A DNA stretch of 64,000 bases from Bacteriovoracia bacterium (GTDB lineage Bacteria > Bdellovibrionota > UBA1018 > JBFWNL01). A program made the translations under genes and the position numbers. Below, one piece after another: positions 9,085-19,361 of the stretch (positions within the stretch are counted from its first letter, which is position 1; each line of letters opens with the position of its first letter). The stretch lies in NCBI GenBank assembly GCA_050251055.1, contig JBFWNL010000003.1, positions 64,001 to 128,000 of the forward strand. The letters run 5' to 3'. The notes under the pieces are model-generated. The model made no database searches, was not told the origin of the DNA, and saw only the letters and a program-made list of their open reading frames with translations.

Positions 9085-11154
9085 ATGAAAAAATTCCCGA
9101 CTTTCAAGGCGTTCCTCTGCTCATCCCTCACGGCCATCGCTGGGCTAGCGCTTAGCCACGCGGCACGGGCCACGATCAATCCGATCTCCGATGCGGAAGA
9201 CAAGCGGGACCCCAAGGCCGGGGCGCTGATTCACGCGGTGAGTTCGACGTCCGCGACGGAACGAGCCCGGGCCGCGCTGGCCCTGGGTCGCATTCTAAAA
9301 CCCGAAGGCATCGACCCGCTCTTCACGTTGCTTTCGGATAAGCGATCGGACGTACACGTCGGCGCGATTTTCTCGTTGGGACAGTTGGGTTGGCAGCCTG
9401 AATTCAATGCCGGCCGCGACGGAGAAATACTCGAAAGGCTCAAGCCCAGCCTCCGTGACCCGGCCGCCACGATCCGGGCCGCGGCGACCGAAGCCGTGGG
9501 CAAGCTGGCCTTGGAGCGGACTCCGGAAATCGTAACTCCGCTCTTGGGAGACCGATCGCCCGAGGTCCGCGCCGAAGCCGTGATGGCCCTCATGCGCGCA
9601 CGCCTCATCGCCAAGCTCCGTGCCCTGCCTCCACCCGCCGACCTTCCGGAGTCCGTGATTACCCACCTCGGTCAGATGGCTAGCGATCCCGATGCGCGCG
9701 TACGGCGAAACGTGGCCTATTTCTTCGCCCGCTTCAAGGATCTGCGCGGCGAACCCCTGCTGCTGAAGCTAGCAAAGACGGTCGGAAAACCAGGGGCTGA
9801 AAGCAGGGACGACGAGGCGCTGCGGATGTTTATTGCCCAGGCCTTAGGCAAGTCGGGCCGGGCGGAAAACGCAGCGACGCGGGAGGCCCTAGAAAAACTC
9901 GCGCGCGATGCCCGTTATCCGGTTCGCCTGGCCGCCGTGGGCGCCCTCACTACCTTGCACGCCAAAGCGGCCTGGCCCAAGGGATTGGTAATCCGTCTCG
10001 TCCACGACTCATCCAAGCACGTGCGCGCCGCCACGGCCGCCTATTTAGGCGAAAGCCCGCATGCGGAAGCCGAGGCTTGGTTAGCCGAACTCCGGACGGA
10101 TACCTCTATTCAAGTGCAGGCCGCCGCCATGAAGGCGCTCGCCCTTCGCAAGCGCGAACAAGCCCTCGAAATCATCCAGGCCGCCGCCCGCAGTCCGCAC
10201 TGGCCGGTCCGCATCGCCGCGCTCGAGGCCAGCGACGGGATGAAGGGCCAGGAAACCTTTGCTCTAAGCTTGCGCAAGGACGCCGACGTCAGGGTCCGTG
10301 CGCAGGCGCTCGGCACGCTCGCCAAGCTCGAAACCGAAACCGCCTACGATGCGATCGTGGCGGCGCTCGGATCGACCGAGCTCGCCGAGCGCGGTTCGGC
10401 GGTCGATGCGTTGGCCGAACGCAAGGAAAGCGACGTCGCGGAGAATGCCTGGAAATGCTACCAGGCGTGTTTGCAAGACCAGGCGCTCGCGGCTACGCCG
10501 ACGAAGTGGAACGAAGTAAAAGAAAATCTCACGGATCTCATCGCCAAAACGCCGGGCGATACCACGACGGGCTATCTGAAGAAAATCGCGCAAGACCCGC
10601 ACGCCATGGCCGCGATCAAAGCCCTGCGTGCGCTCAAGGAACGCGGCGTAAACGACTTACCGGAACCGCCAACGCCCCAGCTAACCTATAGCCCCTATCG
10701 GGACCTCGTCTTCAAACGAAATCCCATCGTACGCATGAAGACGACCCGTGGCTTGATTCGGATGGAAGTATTCGCGAGCCAAGATGGCCAAGGGGCGCCG
10801 ATACACGCGGCGAACTTCATCGGACAAGTGAAGGCGAAGCTCTATGACGGCTTGGCTTGGCACCGGGTCGTGCCGAATTTCGTGATTCAGGGCGGCGACC
10901 CTGACGGTACCGGCTGGGGCGACGCGGGGTATTCCGTGCGCGCCGAGATCAATCATCGGCGTTTTCGGCGCGGCACGCTCGCCATGCCTCGCTCGGCGGG
11001 TTTCGACACGGGAGGCGTACAGATTTTCATTGATCACGTACCCACCCCGCACCTCGATGGGCAGTATACTGTCTTCGGACAAGTGATCGACGGCGCGGCG
11101 GTGATCGACGAGATCGAGATGGGCGACCGGATCCTCCAGGCGACGGTGGAATAA
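9085..11154 (+). CDS. Exported HEAT-repeat protein with C-terminal cyclophilin-type peptidyl-prolyl isomerase
   Basis: Signal peptide; many D-x-x-x-x-VR-x-x-A HEAT units; HRVVPNFVIQGGDP and PHLDGQYTVFG. Confidence 0.9.
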   Translation: MKKFPTFKAFLCSSLTAIAGLALSHAARATINPISDAEDKRDPKAGALIHAVSSTSATERARAALALGRILKPEGIDPLFTLLSDKRSDVHVGAIFSLGQLGWQPEFNAGRDGEILERLKPSLRDPAATIRAAATEAVGKLALERTPEIVTPLLGDRSPEVRAEAVMALMRARLIAKLRALPPPADLPESVITHLGQMASDPDARVRRNVAYFFARFKDLRGEPLLLKLAKTVGKPGAESRDDEALRMFIAQALGKSGRAENAATREALEKLARDARYPVRLAAVGALTTLHAKAAWPKGLVIRLVHDSSKHVRAATAAYLGESPHAEAEAWLAELRTDTSIQVQAAAMKALALRKREQALEIIQAAARSPHWPVRIAALEASDGMKGQETFALSLRKDADVRVRAQALGTLAKLETETAYDAIVAALGSTELAERGSAVDALAERKESDVAENAWKCYQACLQDQALAATPTKWNEVKENLTDLIAKTPGDTTTGYLKKIAQDPHAMAAIKALRALKERGVNDLPEPPTPQLTYSPYRDLVFKRNPIVRMKTTRGLIRMEVFASQDGQGAPIHAANFIGQVKAKLYDGLAWHRVVPNFVIQGGDPDGTGWGDAGYSVRAEINHRRFRRGTLAMPRSAGFDTGGVQIFIDHVPTPHLDGQYTVFGQVIDGAAVIDEIEMGDRILQATVE

Positions 11155-11161
11155 CCAAGCC

Positions 11162-12076
11162 TTACTTCGCGGTCGGAGGCGGAGAGAACCCGAACACTTT
11201 GGCGGCGTTGTCGTGGAAGACCGCCTGCCAGTGCTCCTTCGGAATCGCGCGCTTGAACGCCTCGATATACGAGCCCATGTCGGTGAGCGCCCAGTCCGTG
11301 CCGTACATGAGCTTCGAAGGATTCTCCAGATAACCAAACACCCAGGCGAGCGGCTGCACGACGTAGGCGTCGACCTTGTCTTTGGGGGATTTGGACAAAT
11401 CCCCGATGAGCAGGGCCGAGCCATCCAGGTACACGTTGGGGTTCTTGTACGCGACTTCCGCGGCGGACTGGATCCACGGATTTCCGCAATGGGCGATCAC
11501 GAAGTTCACATCCGGAAAATCCACGGCGACTTCGTCCACGGTCAGCGGATCTGCGTACTTGAGCTTGCCTTTCACGCTATAGGTGTCACCGGTGTGGAAA
11601 ACTACCGGCACTTTATACTTCCGCGCCAACCGATAGAGCGGCCGGTAAGCCGCATCGTAGGCATACCGATAGACGTACCCGAGATAAATTTTAATGCAGG
11701 AGTAATCGCCCGCTTTCAACCCGCGCTCGATGCCGGCGACGTCCACCTTCATGGCCACGCCCGCGCAGAACTTCACCTGCTTGCGCTTCAAGGAAGCGTC
11801 GAAACCGCGCCGATGATCCTGGCCGGTCATGGAAACCGCGCCCACCACGCCGTGTTTGTCCATCTCTTTGAACAGCTGTTCGGCAGAATTCACGATGCCG
11901 CTGGCGGCATCGGGCTTACCGTCGAAATCGGTGTGAATATGGGCGTCGATAATGCCCGGGGAAATACCCGAAGCGCCCTCCGCGCCGACCACGGGTCGGC
12001 TGAAAAATGAATATGCACCCAAAACGGTGGCTCCGATCGCAAGCCCCGTCATCCACCAACGCCTTGATTGATTCAT
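11162..12076 (-). CDS. Amidohydrolase_2 family metallohydrolase, possible Tat substrate
   Basis: IDAHIH, VFHTG, IAHCGNP and YGTDW motifs; SRRWW followed by a hydrophobic N-terminal segment. Confidence 0.88.
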   Translation of the reverse strand: MNQSRRWWMTGLAIGATVLGAYSFFSRPVVGAEGASGISPGIIDAHIHTDFDGKPDAASGIVNSAEQLFKEMDKHGVVGAVSMTGQDHRRGFDASLKRKQVKFCAGVAMKVDVAGIERGLKAGDYSCIKIYLGYVYRYAYDAAYRPLYRLARKYKVPVVFHTGDTYSVKGKLKYADPLTVDEVAVDFPDVNFVIAHCGNPWIQSAAEVAYKNPNVYLDGSALLIGDLSKSPKDKVDAYVVQPLAWVFGYLENPSKLMYGTDWALTDMGSYIEAFKRAIPKEHWQAVFHDNAAKVFGFSPPPTAK

Positions 12077-12132
12077 GGGCTGGTCATCGCACGGGCTACG
12101 GACCCACGCAACCCTCTCGGGCGTATCGCTCG

Positions 12133-12921
12133 CTAAGTAGTTTTGGTTTCTTGATACTTTCTCACGGCCTCGGTCGTGAGTCGGCGCGGCATAAACCGTA
12201 CAGCAAACTGAATGAACTTATTGGGCGCCCCGTGAATAGCCACCCCTTGGCCGCGCATCATCGCGGCGTAACCATACTTCGCTACGTCCGCCGAACTCGG
12301 CAGACGTCGCCCTTTGACGAGCTTGGATTGAGTGAGATTGGCCGCGGCTTGAAAACCCGAGATCGTGGGCCCCGGGCAAAGGGTGGTGACCGTCACGCCG
12401 GTCCCCTTGAGCTCGTTGGCGATGGCCTCGGAAAAATGCAGCACATAAGCTTTGGTCGCGTAGTATACCGACATCAAGGGTCCTGGCTGAAATGCCGCCG
12501 TGGATGCCACGTTCATGATCCGACCCTGTTTGCGCTTCAACATGCCGGGCAGGCAGAGCTTGGTGAGCTGGGTCAGTGCCGTGATGTTGAGCTGAATCAT
12601 CTCCGCCTCCCGCTCCCAAGGCGTGTCTTTAAACTCCCCGAACTCGCCGAAACCCGCGTTGTTCACCAGGATATCCAAGGCGATCCCCTTCTGGTCGAGA
12701 TCGGCCATCACCTGGGCCGCCATGTCGGGCTTGGCCAAATCGCGCGCCAGGACATCGACCCCCACCCCGTACCGAGCCGCGAGGTCACCAGCCAACTCCT
12801 TCAACTTTCCTTCGCTACGGGCGACCAGTACCAGCGAATGGCCATCTTTCGCCAGGATCCCCGCCAGTTCCCAGCCGATTCCGCTTGAAGCGCCCGTGAT
12901 CAATGCCCAGCTTTTTTTCAT
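12133..12921 (-). CDS. Short-chain dehydrogenase/reductase
   Basis: TGASSGIG, NNAG, YYATK. Confidence 0.95.
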   Translation of the reverse strand: MKKSWALITGASSGIGWELAGILAKDGHSLVLVARSEGKLKELAGDLAARYGVGVDVLARDLAKPDMAAQVMADLDQKGIALDILVNNAGFGEFGEFKDTPWEREAEMIQLNITALTQLTKLCLPGMLKRKQGRIMNVASTAAFQPGPLMSVYYATKAYVLHFSEAIANELKGTGVTVTTLCPGPTISGFQAAANLTQSKLVKGRRLPSSADVAKYGYAAMMRGQGVAIHGAPNKFIQFAVRFMPRRLTTEAVRKYQETKTT

Positions 12922-12968
12922 ATTTTCCTCGTTTACGCGGCTTTACCACGAAGCTACTCTGGCGCGAG

Positions 12969-13466
12969 ATGAAAATACGTCGCGCCACCCCCGAAGACGA
13001 TATCCGCATCGGCGATTTGCTCGTAGAATCCTTCCTTTACACGTACGGCCGCAAAATGCCCGAAGTCGTGGTGACGGAATCCCGCAAAAGTGACTTGCGC
13101 GCCGTGGCGGCCAAGCGGGAAACGGCCGGGGTCTTAGTGGCCGAACGCGATGGCGAGCTCATCGGGACGGTGAGCATCTTCCGGCCCGGGGATGCGACTT
13201 CGCGAGCCTGGACCCCGAACACCGTGGACCTGCGCTACATGGCGGTCGCCCCCCGCCACCAAGGCCAAGGCGTTTCGCGCGCTCTGCTGGACGCCGCCGT
13301 GGCGCTCGCGCGCGAATGGCAAGGTTCCTACATCTGCTTGCATGTGCGCCGGGGCGCGACCGGAGTCGCGCGGACTTACACGAGCTACGGATTTGGTCGC
13401 CAGCCCGAAGGAGACGCGGATCTCTTGCCCGAAATTTTTCTCGAGGCATATCTGCTGAAGCTATAA
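12969..13466 (+). CDS. GNAT family N-acetyltransferase
   Basis: MKIRRATPED start; MAVAPRHQGQGVSRAL acetyl-CoA motif A. Confidence 0.9.
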   Translation: MKIRRATPEDDIRIGDLLVESFLYTYGRKMPEVVVTESRKSDLRAVAAKRETAGVLVAERDGELIGTVSIFRPGDATSRAWTPNTVDLRYMAVAPRHQGQGVSRALLDAAVALAREWQGSYICLHVRRGATGVARTYTSYGFGRQPEGDADLLPEIFLEAYLLKL

Positions 13467-13469
13467 TCG

Positions 13470-14651
13470 ATGAACGCACCCTCGATCTTCCGTCGTAGCC
13501 TTCCCGTCACGGTCACCTCGTTCATCAACCGCACCGGCAGCATCGGCCTCAGCATCATTCCCGTGATTCTGGTCGAGCGGCAGTTCTCCAGCCACGACTC
13601 GGCCTGGATCATGGGCTTCGTGAAAGCAGGCGGACTATTGGGTATCTGGCTGGGAGGTTGGTGCTGCGATCGGCTGGGCTTGCGACGAACCCTATTGCTA
13701 TCATTCGCGCTTTCGGCCGTCGGCCTGGCACCCATTCCCTTCGCGGTGTCCGCGGGCGCGCTCGCAGGCTTCGCGTTCATCGCACAGCTGGGCAACGCGT
13801 TCTATCCCACCTCGGCGCGACTGCTCATCACCCAGCTCGTGGAACCGGGTGAACGGCGCGAGGCCATCGGCTGGCAGCGCACGGCGAACAACTCCGCCCA
13901 GATCGTGGCCTACTCCCTCGGTGCGTTCCTGGGAAAATTTGGAAGCGCGGTCTTAATCTGGTTTGATGCGCTCACGGCGCTCGCCGCAAGCATCGTCGGC
14001 ACGAAATTATTGCCCCAAGTTTCGACCGCTCAACGTCCCACGACCGAAGGCGGGCGACCGGGTACTTACGGACGCTTCCTGGTTTGCACGGCGATCACCG
14101 CGGTTTTCATTTTCCTATACGAGCTCTACATGACGGCCGCCGCCGCCCAGTGCCGTATCTTGTTTGGGGCGGAAGGACTTTCCGTCTTTTCCCAGATGAT
14201 GGTCATTAATACTATTTTCTGCGCAAGCCTCTCGCTTTTCGCCGCTCGACACCTCACCAATCCCGCCCGCGCCCTACCCGTGGGCATGCTGCTCACCGGG
14301 CTTGGGCTCATCGCCACCTTTGGCGTGTCGGAACCCTCGCGATTCACTTTCTACCTGGGTAACTTTTTACTGACGATTGGCGAAATCGTGTTCAACGCTT
14401 TGGCGGGCCTAGTGCTGATTCAGCTCACCCCCCCTGGCAAGAAACAGGGGCAAAACTACGGGTTTGCGATGCTCATCAACTACATTGCTCGGGTGGCTGG
14501 CGCGGCGGCCGCGTTTCCGTGGGTGGTAAACGCCTCTCATCCCCTGATTACCGTGACCATCGGTACGGCTCTGGGAGTTGCGCTTTGCCTTTTGGCGCGT
14601 CGGATTTTGGCGGAAACCCAGGATTTAAAGACGGCGCCCGCGTCTCCCTAA
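13470..14651 (+). CDS. MFS transporter
   Basis: About 12 hydrophobic segments; GWCCDRLGLRR motif A. Confidence 0.88.
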   Translation: MNAPSIFRRSLPVTVTSFINRTGSIGLSIIPVILVERQFSSHDSAWIMGFVKAGGLLGIWLGGWCCDRLGLRRTLLLSFALSAVGLAPIPFAVSAGALAGFAFIAQLGNAFYPTSARLLITQLVEPGERREAIGWQRTANNSAQIVAYSLGAFLGKFGSAVLIWFDALTALAASIVGTKLLPQVSTAQRPTTEGGRPGTYGRFLVCTAITAVFIFLYELYMTAAAAQCRILFGAEGLSVFSQMMVINTIFCASLSLFAARHLTNPARALPVGMLLTGLGLIATFGVSEPSRFTFYLGNFLLTIGEIVFNALAGLVLIQLTPPGKKQGQNYGFAMLINYIARVAGAAAAFPWVVNASHPLITVTIGTALGVALCLLARRILAETQDLKTAPASP

Positions 14652-14701
14652 CCCATTCCTTATTTGACGGGCTTTTTCGGCAGATAGTAGGAATAGGGTA
14701 T

Positions 14702-16243
14702 ATGAAAAAAACCCACTTTTTCGCGTTTACGTTTGCTGGGCTGCTCATCTCCACCGCGCTCGGTCTCAGCTGCGCGACCACCCCCAAATCCAACCCTTCG
14801 AACGGCCGCCCCGATCATCTGGTCTTTCTGGTTTTCGATGCCATGCGCCCGGACTACATCGATCGCTTCGAAATGAAGAACTTTCAGAAACTCCGCGCGC
14901 AGTCCCGCGCCTACACCCAGGCGCGCCTAGGCTACCTGGGCGCGGAAACCGTCGTCACCCACTCGGTGCTGGGAACGGGACTGCCACCACGCGACCTTCC
15001 TTGGCAGGACAACGACTACTTTGACCGCGATGGCAAGTTAGGCGTGCCCGGAAAGTTTTACTCTCTGACCGATGTGGGCCTGCCGGAATTCACCCGCCTG
15101 CAGTCGGAAATTCCACGTGAACGATTCCTCGTCCATGCGCTAAAGGAAAAGTTCGATCGGAAAGTCTTTTCCGCAGGCTCCAAAGGATATGCCGCGATGA
15201 TTTTCGGAACGCCCCACGCCGACGCTATCGTCACGATGAAAAAAGTGGGCGAGCGCTGCGTGCCGGCTGGGCGCAATGTCCCTTCGTATATTTCGCAAGC
15301 CCCCCGTTTCGAGGTCGACTGTAGCCAGGCCTATGGCACCGAAAGCACCTACTACCCGATCGACGGCGCCCATTACGTTCCGGGCGCCGACGCCCAGCAT
15401 GCCGGCGGCGACGTCTGGACCGCCGACGTGGCCGAGCAGATCATCCGCCGGGAAGAATGGTCGGGCCTCTTTCTCACCTTTGGCGGCATCGACAAGGTTG
15501 CCCATATGCTGGGCGAGCAGGACGGAAAACGTCCCGAACCCGCATTGGCGGTTGAAACCGAGTATGATCTACGCAAAGTCTGCGAGATCGCCGACGCCCA
15601 GCTCGGGCGCGTGCTCGCGACCATTGAGGATGCGGGCCTGAAAGATCGCACGCTCGTCGTCGTGACCGCCGACCACGGCGGTCAATCGAACTACCACTAC
15701 CTGGGCGTCGGGCGCAGCGCGAAGGTGGGTCGCGCCGAATCGGCCGCGTCGTCCAAGTGGGTGCAGTCGTACGCGAAACTTCCCGAGGTCCAGTATACTT
15801 TTCAAGACTCCGCCGTGCGCTTGTGGCTAAAAGAACCGAAGGCCACCGAAGAATACAAAAGCGTAGTCACGGCCATGAGCAAAGTCCCCGGCATGGTGGA
15901 GGTTTACCGAAAGCACCGGGGCGATCCCGGCGAAGGCGGTGGGTGGACTTACCGGAAGGTTTTCTCGCGCTTGCGCACCCAGCCCAAAAAGTTCCGACGC
16001 TGGGCGGAGTCGAATTACTCCGACATGCTTCATCAGTATGCCAGCGAGAACGGCCCGGATCTCGTGGGCCTTACCGCCGATAACACTGGCTTTGATTTAT
16101 TGGGAGACCACGGGGGTTTGCAGGAAAACGTGCAGCGCGTGCCTCTTTTTATTCGCGTACCGGGGGAAGCGCCCAGCTCGCCATCCACACCGATTCGTTC
16201 GTTCGAGATCAAGGCGCAGATCGTGGAGGCGATGGGGTTTTAG
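14702..16243 (+). CDS. Alkaline phosphatase superfamily (NPP/PafA-like) lipoprotein
   Basis: Lipobox LGLSC; VFDAMRPDY, Thr nucleophile region ETVVTH, DKVAH, TADHG, GDHG. Confidence 0.85.
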   Translation: MKKTHFFAFTFAGLLISTALGLSCATTPKSNPSNGRPDHLVFLVFDAMRPDYIDRFEMKNFQKLRAQSRAYTQARLGYLGAETVVTHSVLGTGLPPRDLPWQDNDYFDRDGKLGVPGKFYSLTDVGLPEFTRLQSEIPRERFLVHALKEKFDRKVFSAGSKGYAAMIFGTPHADAIVTMKKVGERCVPAGRNVPSYISQAPRFEVDCSQAYGTESTYYPIDGAHYVPGADAQHAGGDVWTADVAEQIIRREEWSGLFLTFGGIDKVAHMLGEQDGKRPEPALAVETEYDLRKVCEIADAQLGRVLATIEDAGLKDRTLVVVTADHGGQSNYHYLGVGRSAKVGRAESAASSKWVQSYAKLPEVQYTFQDSAVRLWLKEPKATEEYKSVVTAMSKVPGMVEVYRKHRGDPGEGGGWTYRKVFSRLRTQPKKFRRWAESNYSDMLHQYASENGPDLVGLTADNTGFDLLGDHGGLQENVQRVPLFIRVPGEAPSSPSTPIRSFEIKAQIVEAMGF

Positions 16244-16770
16244 AGAGTTTTCACGAACACGATATCCACCCGGTCCTTTGTCGTGATCCGAAACGGCGAA
16301 TAACCCACGCGCGCGTAGCCCAGCTTCTCGTAAAACCGGATGGCGGCAACATTCGTTTCCAAACAACAAAGCCAGATTCGTGCTAAACCCTGCGCGCGCG
16401 CGTCCATCTCCGCTTGCCGCATCAGCTGGCGGCCCGCACCGCATCCCTGCGCGTCGGCATCGACGTAAATACGAAAGAGATGCAAAGCGGGATCCACCCC
16501 CGCCACCGGGGCCAGGTAACCCTGGCGTAAATAGAGATACGCGATCAATCGCTCGCCTTGCCACGCACCGTAAAAGCGGTGACGGGAGTCCTCAATCTCG
16601 GCCGCGAACTGCGCGGGTTGATAAGCGGAGCGAATACGGGTTTCGATCTCATCCGGATCCAGCAGTCCATGGTAGGCCGTGGCAAAACAACGCGCGGCGA
16701 GCTCGGAAACCGCGATCGCATCGTCTGCGCGTAGGGGACGGATTTGCAACGGGGGCCTCGACATGTTCAA
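16240..16770 (-). CDS. GNAT family N-acetyltransferase (PaiA-like)
   Basis: RIYVDADAQGCGAGRQL and NVAAIRFYEKLGY. Confidence 0.9.
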   Translation of the reverse strand: MNMSRPPLQIRPLRADDAIAVSELAARCFATAYHGLLDPDEIETRIRSAYQPAQFAAEIEDSRHRFYGAWQGERLIAYLYLRQGYLAPVAGVDPALHLFRIYVDADAQGCGAGRQLMRQAEMDARAQGLARIWLCCLETNVAAIRFYEKLGYARVGYSPFRITTKDRVDIVFVKTL

Positions 16771-16776
16771 AGCACT

Positions 16777-18642
16777 CTATCTCAGGATCGGGGGAACCGG
16801 AACGCCCAGGACCAGGCTCGCGCCACGAAAAACCTCGGCTTCGCCCTCCAGCACCTGACGGTCGAAAATCACGCACTCCACCGCCCCGGCGAGCACTCTC
16901 TCCTTCCAAGCGGGGGGCAGTTGCTTGAGGTGGACCAGGTGACGCTCCAGCGATTCAAACGTGAGCGCTTCCTTACCCGCCGTACCCGTATACTTCTGAG
17001 TGCTCACTTTAGCGTATGCGCGCTGGAAGGCCTCGTTTCGGTCGGATGGGGACATCTGGCTTTGGCCCAGTAACCAGCGATAAAGAATCACGACGCTATC
17101 GACCCGGGATGCGATCGTGATCTCGCTCCGCCGCCCGGGGTTCAGGCCTCGCCCCGGAAACAAACTGTGCTTCAGCACCAGGAGCAAAACGGCCTCGAAA
17201 TGCGTCGCGCGCTGATCCCGACGAATCGCCGCCTCGATCTCCCGGACGATGGCTTCTTTCCGCGGGGTTGCCGCCACTTGCTTGAGCGTCCGTAGCGCCA
17301 AGCTCAAGAGCTCGATGCGGCCCCCATGCTCGGCGGTGAATTGGGAGATCGCGCCACTAAGATGCGAATACTTGGCCTCCAGCGATTCTCCCACGAGCGC
17401 GCGTAAGACGGCGTGGCTGCCGTCGACGGTCTCCATCGCCTTGCGCAATCCATAGGGTATGGCGGCGGCGAATGCATGCCCATAATGATGCTGGGTTGGG
17501 CTGATCTCGCCAATCGATTTCATGACCCGCACCGCGAAGGAGGCGCCCTCGGTCGGCGGCTCCTGCGCTTCGAGCATCGACAACGTGGGATGGCTGGCTT
17601 CTAACTGCTGGTTCCAGCGGGCTTTTGCGGAGTTTTCGTCAAGATAGCGAGGATCGAGCACGCGAATTCGCGATTCAAAGGACGGATGGGAGGAAAACAG
17701 TCCCGAAAACCAGCTCGATACGGCTTCCGCGAAAAAGAAGTGACTCGTCGTCATCGCATAAGGCGCGGAAACCGCCGATCCCGGTCCGTACAAGACTTTA
17801 CTCAACGCCGAAGCCAGCGCCCCAGGGTTGCGCGTGAACTGAGCACCGGACGCATCGGCCAAACGCTCGCGCGTGCGTGAAACCGCGGCTTGCAGCACCC
17901 GCGCGAAAAGCACGCCCAACCAACCCAAAACCAAAAGCACAAGTCCGATCGCGACCACGCCGCCGTGTCCACCCCGCCCCCTTCTCCGACGCCCGGAGGA
18001 GCCTCCACGCAGCAGAAAGCGCCCGGCTTCCGCCAGGAATAGGAAGCCGGAAACGGCTCCCGTTAAACGCAGGTTCAGGCGCATGTCTCCATTGAGGATG
18101 TGACTGAACTCGTGGGCAATGACGGCTTGTAGTTCATCGCGACTCCAGTACTGCACGGCACCGGCCGTCACTCCGATCGCGGCGCGCTCGAGATCAAAAC
18201 CGGCGGCGAAAGCGTTCAGCCCGGCTTCGGAGGGTAACAGGAAGATGGCCGGCATCGGCACGCCCGAGGCAATCGACATCTCTTCGACTACGTTCAGAAG
18301 CTTTCGCTCATTTGGATCTTGGGTATCCGGCGCTACCCGTATCCCGCCAAGCTTTTCGGCTATTCCCTCGCCGCTTTTGCCCATCATCCAAATACGGACG
18401 AGCGTAACCCCGCCGATGATCGCGGCCACCAGGGCCGAGAGCTGGAGAAACCATACCCTACCACCCGAAGAAAGCGCGTAACCCTCCGACGTACCCACCA
18501 CGAAATTCACGCCTTGCATCCCCAACGCCGCCAGCATCCCCAGCGCGACGATGGCGCTAAAGGCGGCGGTAAAGAGCAGGAAGAGGCCCACGAGGATAAC
18601 GGAGCTTCGCCGGGCGGCGCGCTGGTGCTCGAAGAATTGCAT
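16777..18642 (-). CDS. M48 family (HtpX-like) zinc metallopeptidase
   Basis: NAFAAG, AHEFSH (HExxH), SRTRERLAD and SSHP motifs; downstream of lemA. Confidence 0.92.
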   Translation of the reverse strand: MQFFEHQRAARRSSVILVGLFLLFTAAFSAIVALGMLAALGMQGVNFVVGTSEGYALSSGGRVWFLQLSALVAAIIGGVTLVRIWMMGKSGEGIAEKLGGIRVAPDTQDPNERKLLNVVEEMSIASGVPMPAIFLLPSEAGLNAFAAGFDLERAAIGVTAGAVQYWSRDELQAVIAHEFSHILNGDMRLNLRLTGAVSGFLFLAEAGRFLLRGGSSGRRRRGRGGHGGVVAIGLVLLVLGWLGVLFARVLQAAVSRTRERLADASGAQFTRNPGALASALSKVLYGPGSAVSAPYAMTTSHFFFAEAVSSWFSGLFSSHPSFESRIRVLDPRYLDENSAKARWNQQLEASHPTLSMLEAQEPPTEGASFAVRVMKSIGEISPTQHHYGHAFAAAIPYGLRKAMETVDGSHAVLRALVGESLEAKYSHLSGAISQFTAEHGGRIELLSLALRTLKQVAATPRKEAIVREIEAAIRRDQRATHFEAVLLLVLKHSLFPGRGLNPGRRSEITIASRVDSVVILYRWLLGQSQMSPSDRNEAFQRAYAKVSTQKYTGTAGKEALTFESLERHLVHLKQLPPAWKERVLAGAVECVIFDRQVLEGEAEVFRGASLVLGVPVPPILR

Positions 18643-18647
18643 GGCGC

Positions 18648-19235
18648 TTACGCGCTAAAGCTCACACGGACCGGCTCTTTTTCGGCCGGATTGGCGATTT
18701 CATAAGAGGTCGCCGGCTGAAACCCTAGGCCTGCGGCAAAGAGATTGATGGGAAAACCTTCGCGCGCATTATTGTAATGCATGACCGCGTCGTTGTAGGC
18801 TTGCCGCGCGAACGAAACCCGATTCTCGGTGCTCGCGAGCTCCTCCATCAACTGACCCATATTTTGGTTCGCCTTCAAATCGGGATAGGCTTCCGCCAAA
18901 GCCACGAGCCGACCGAGCGACTGGCCCAGCGCGCTTTCCGCGCCGATCAACTCCTGCATGGCGCGCGCATCCGCCGGGTTCGCCGCCGCCCGTCCGGCGG
19001 CACTCGCCGCGGAGTTGCGCGCGCGGATCACGGCCTCGAGCGCCTCCCGTTCGTGCTTCATATAGGCTTTGACCGTCTCTACCAGGTTTGGAATCAGATC
19101 ATAGCGGCGCTTGAGCTGGACATCGATCTGGGAGAACGCGTTTTTAAACTGGTTTCGCAGCCGGATCAGTTGGTTGTAGGAAACAATCCCAAACACTACC
19201 GCGAGACCTATAATCGCCAAAATAATGACGGACAT
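18648..19235 (-). CDS. lemA: LemA family protein
   Basis: IDVQLKRRYDLIPNLVETVKAY, EAYPDLKAN, TENRVSFARQAYND. Start taken at MSVIILAI (19235). Confidence 0.95.
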   Translation of the reverse strand: MSVIILAIIGLAVVFGIVSYNQLIRLRNQFKNAFSQIDVQLKRRYDLIPNLVETVKAYMKHEREALEAVIRARNSAASAAGRAAANPADARAMQELIGAESALGQSLGRLVALAEAYPDLKANQNMGQLMEELASTENRVSFARQAYNDAVMHYNNAREGFPINLFAAGLGFQPATSYEIANPAEKEPVRVSFSA

Positions 19236-19361
19236 GTGCACGCCTCCTCCGAATCTGATTCGATTCCACGATTCTAGCCTGGGCGAAGGGCGCGAACAAG
19301 CCCCGCGACGACCCCGCTTTGGCAATTGACCGGCGAAACCACGGCAAGGTTAAATAGGCGC

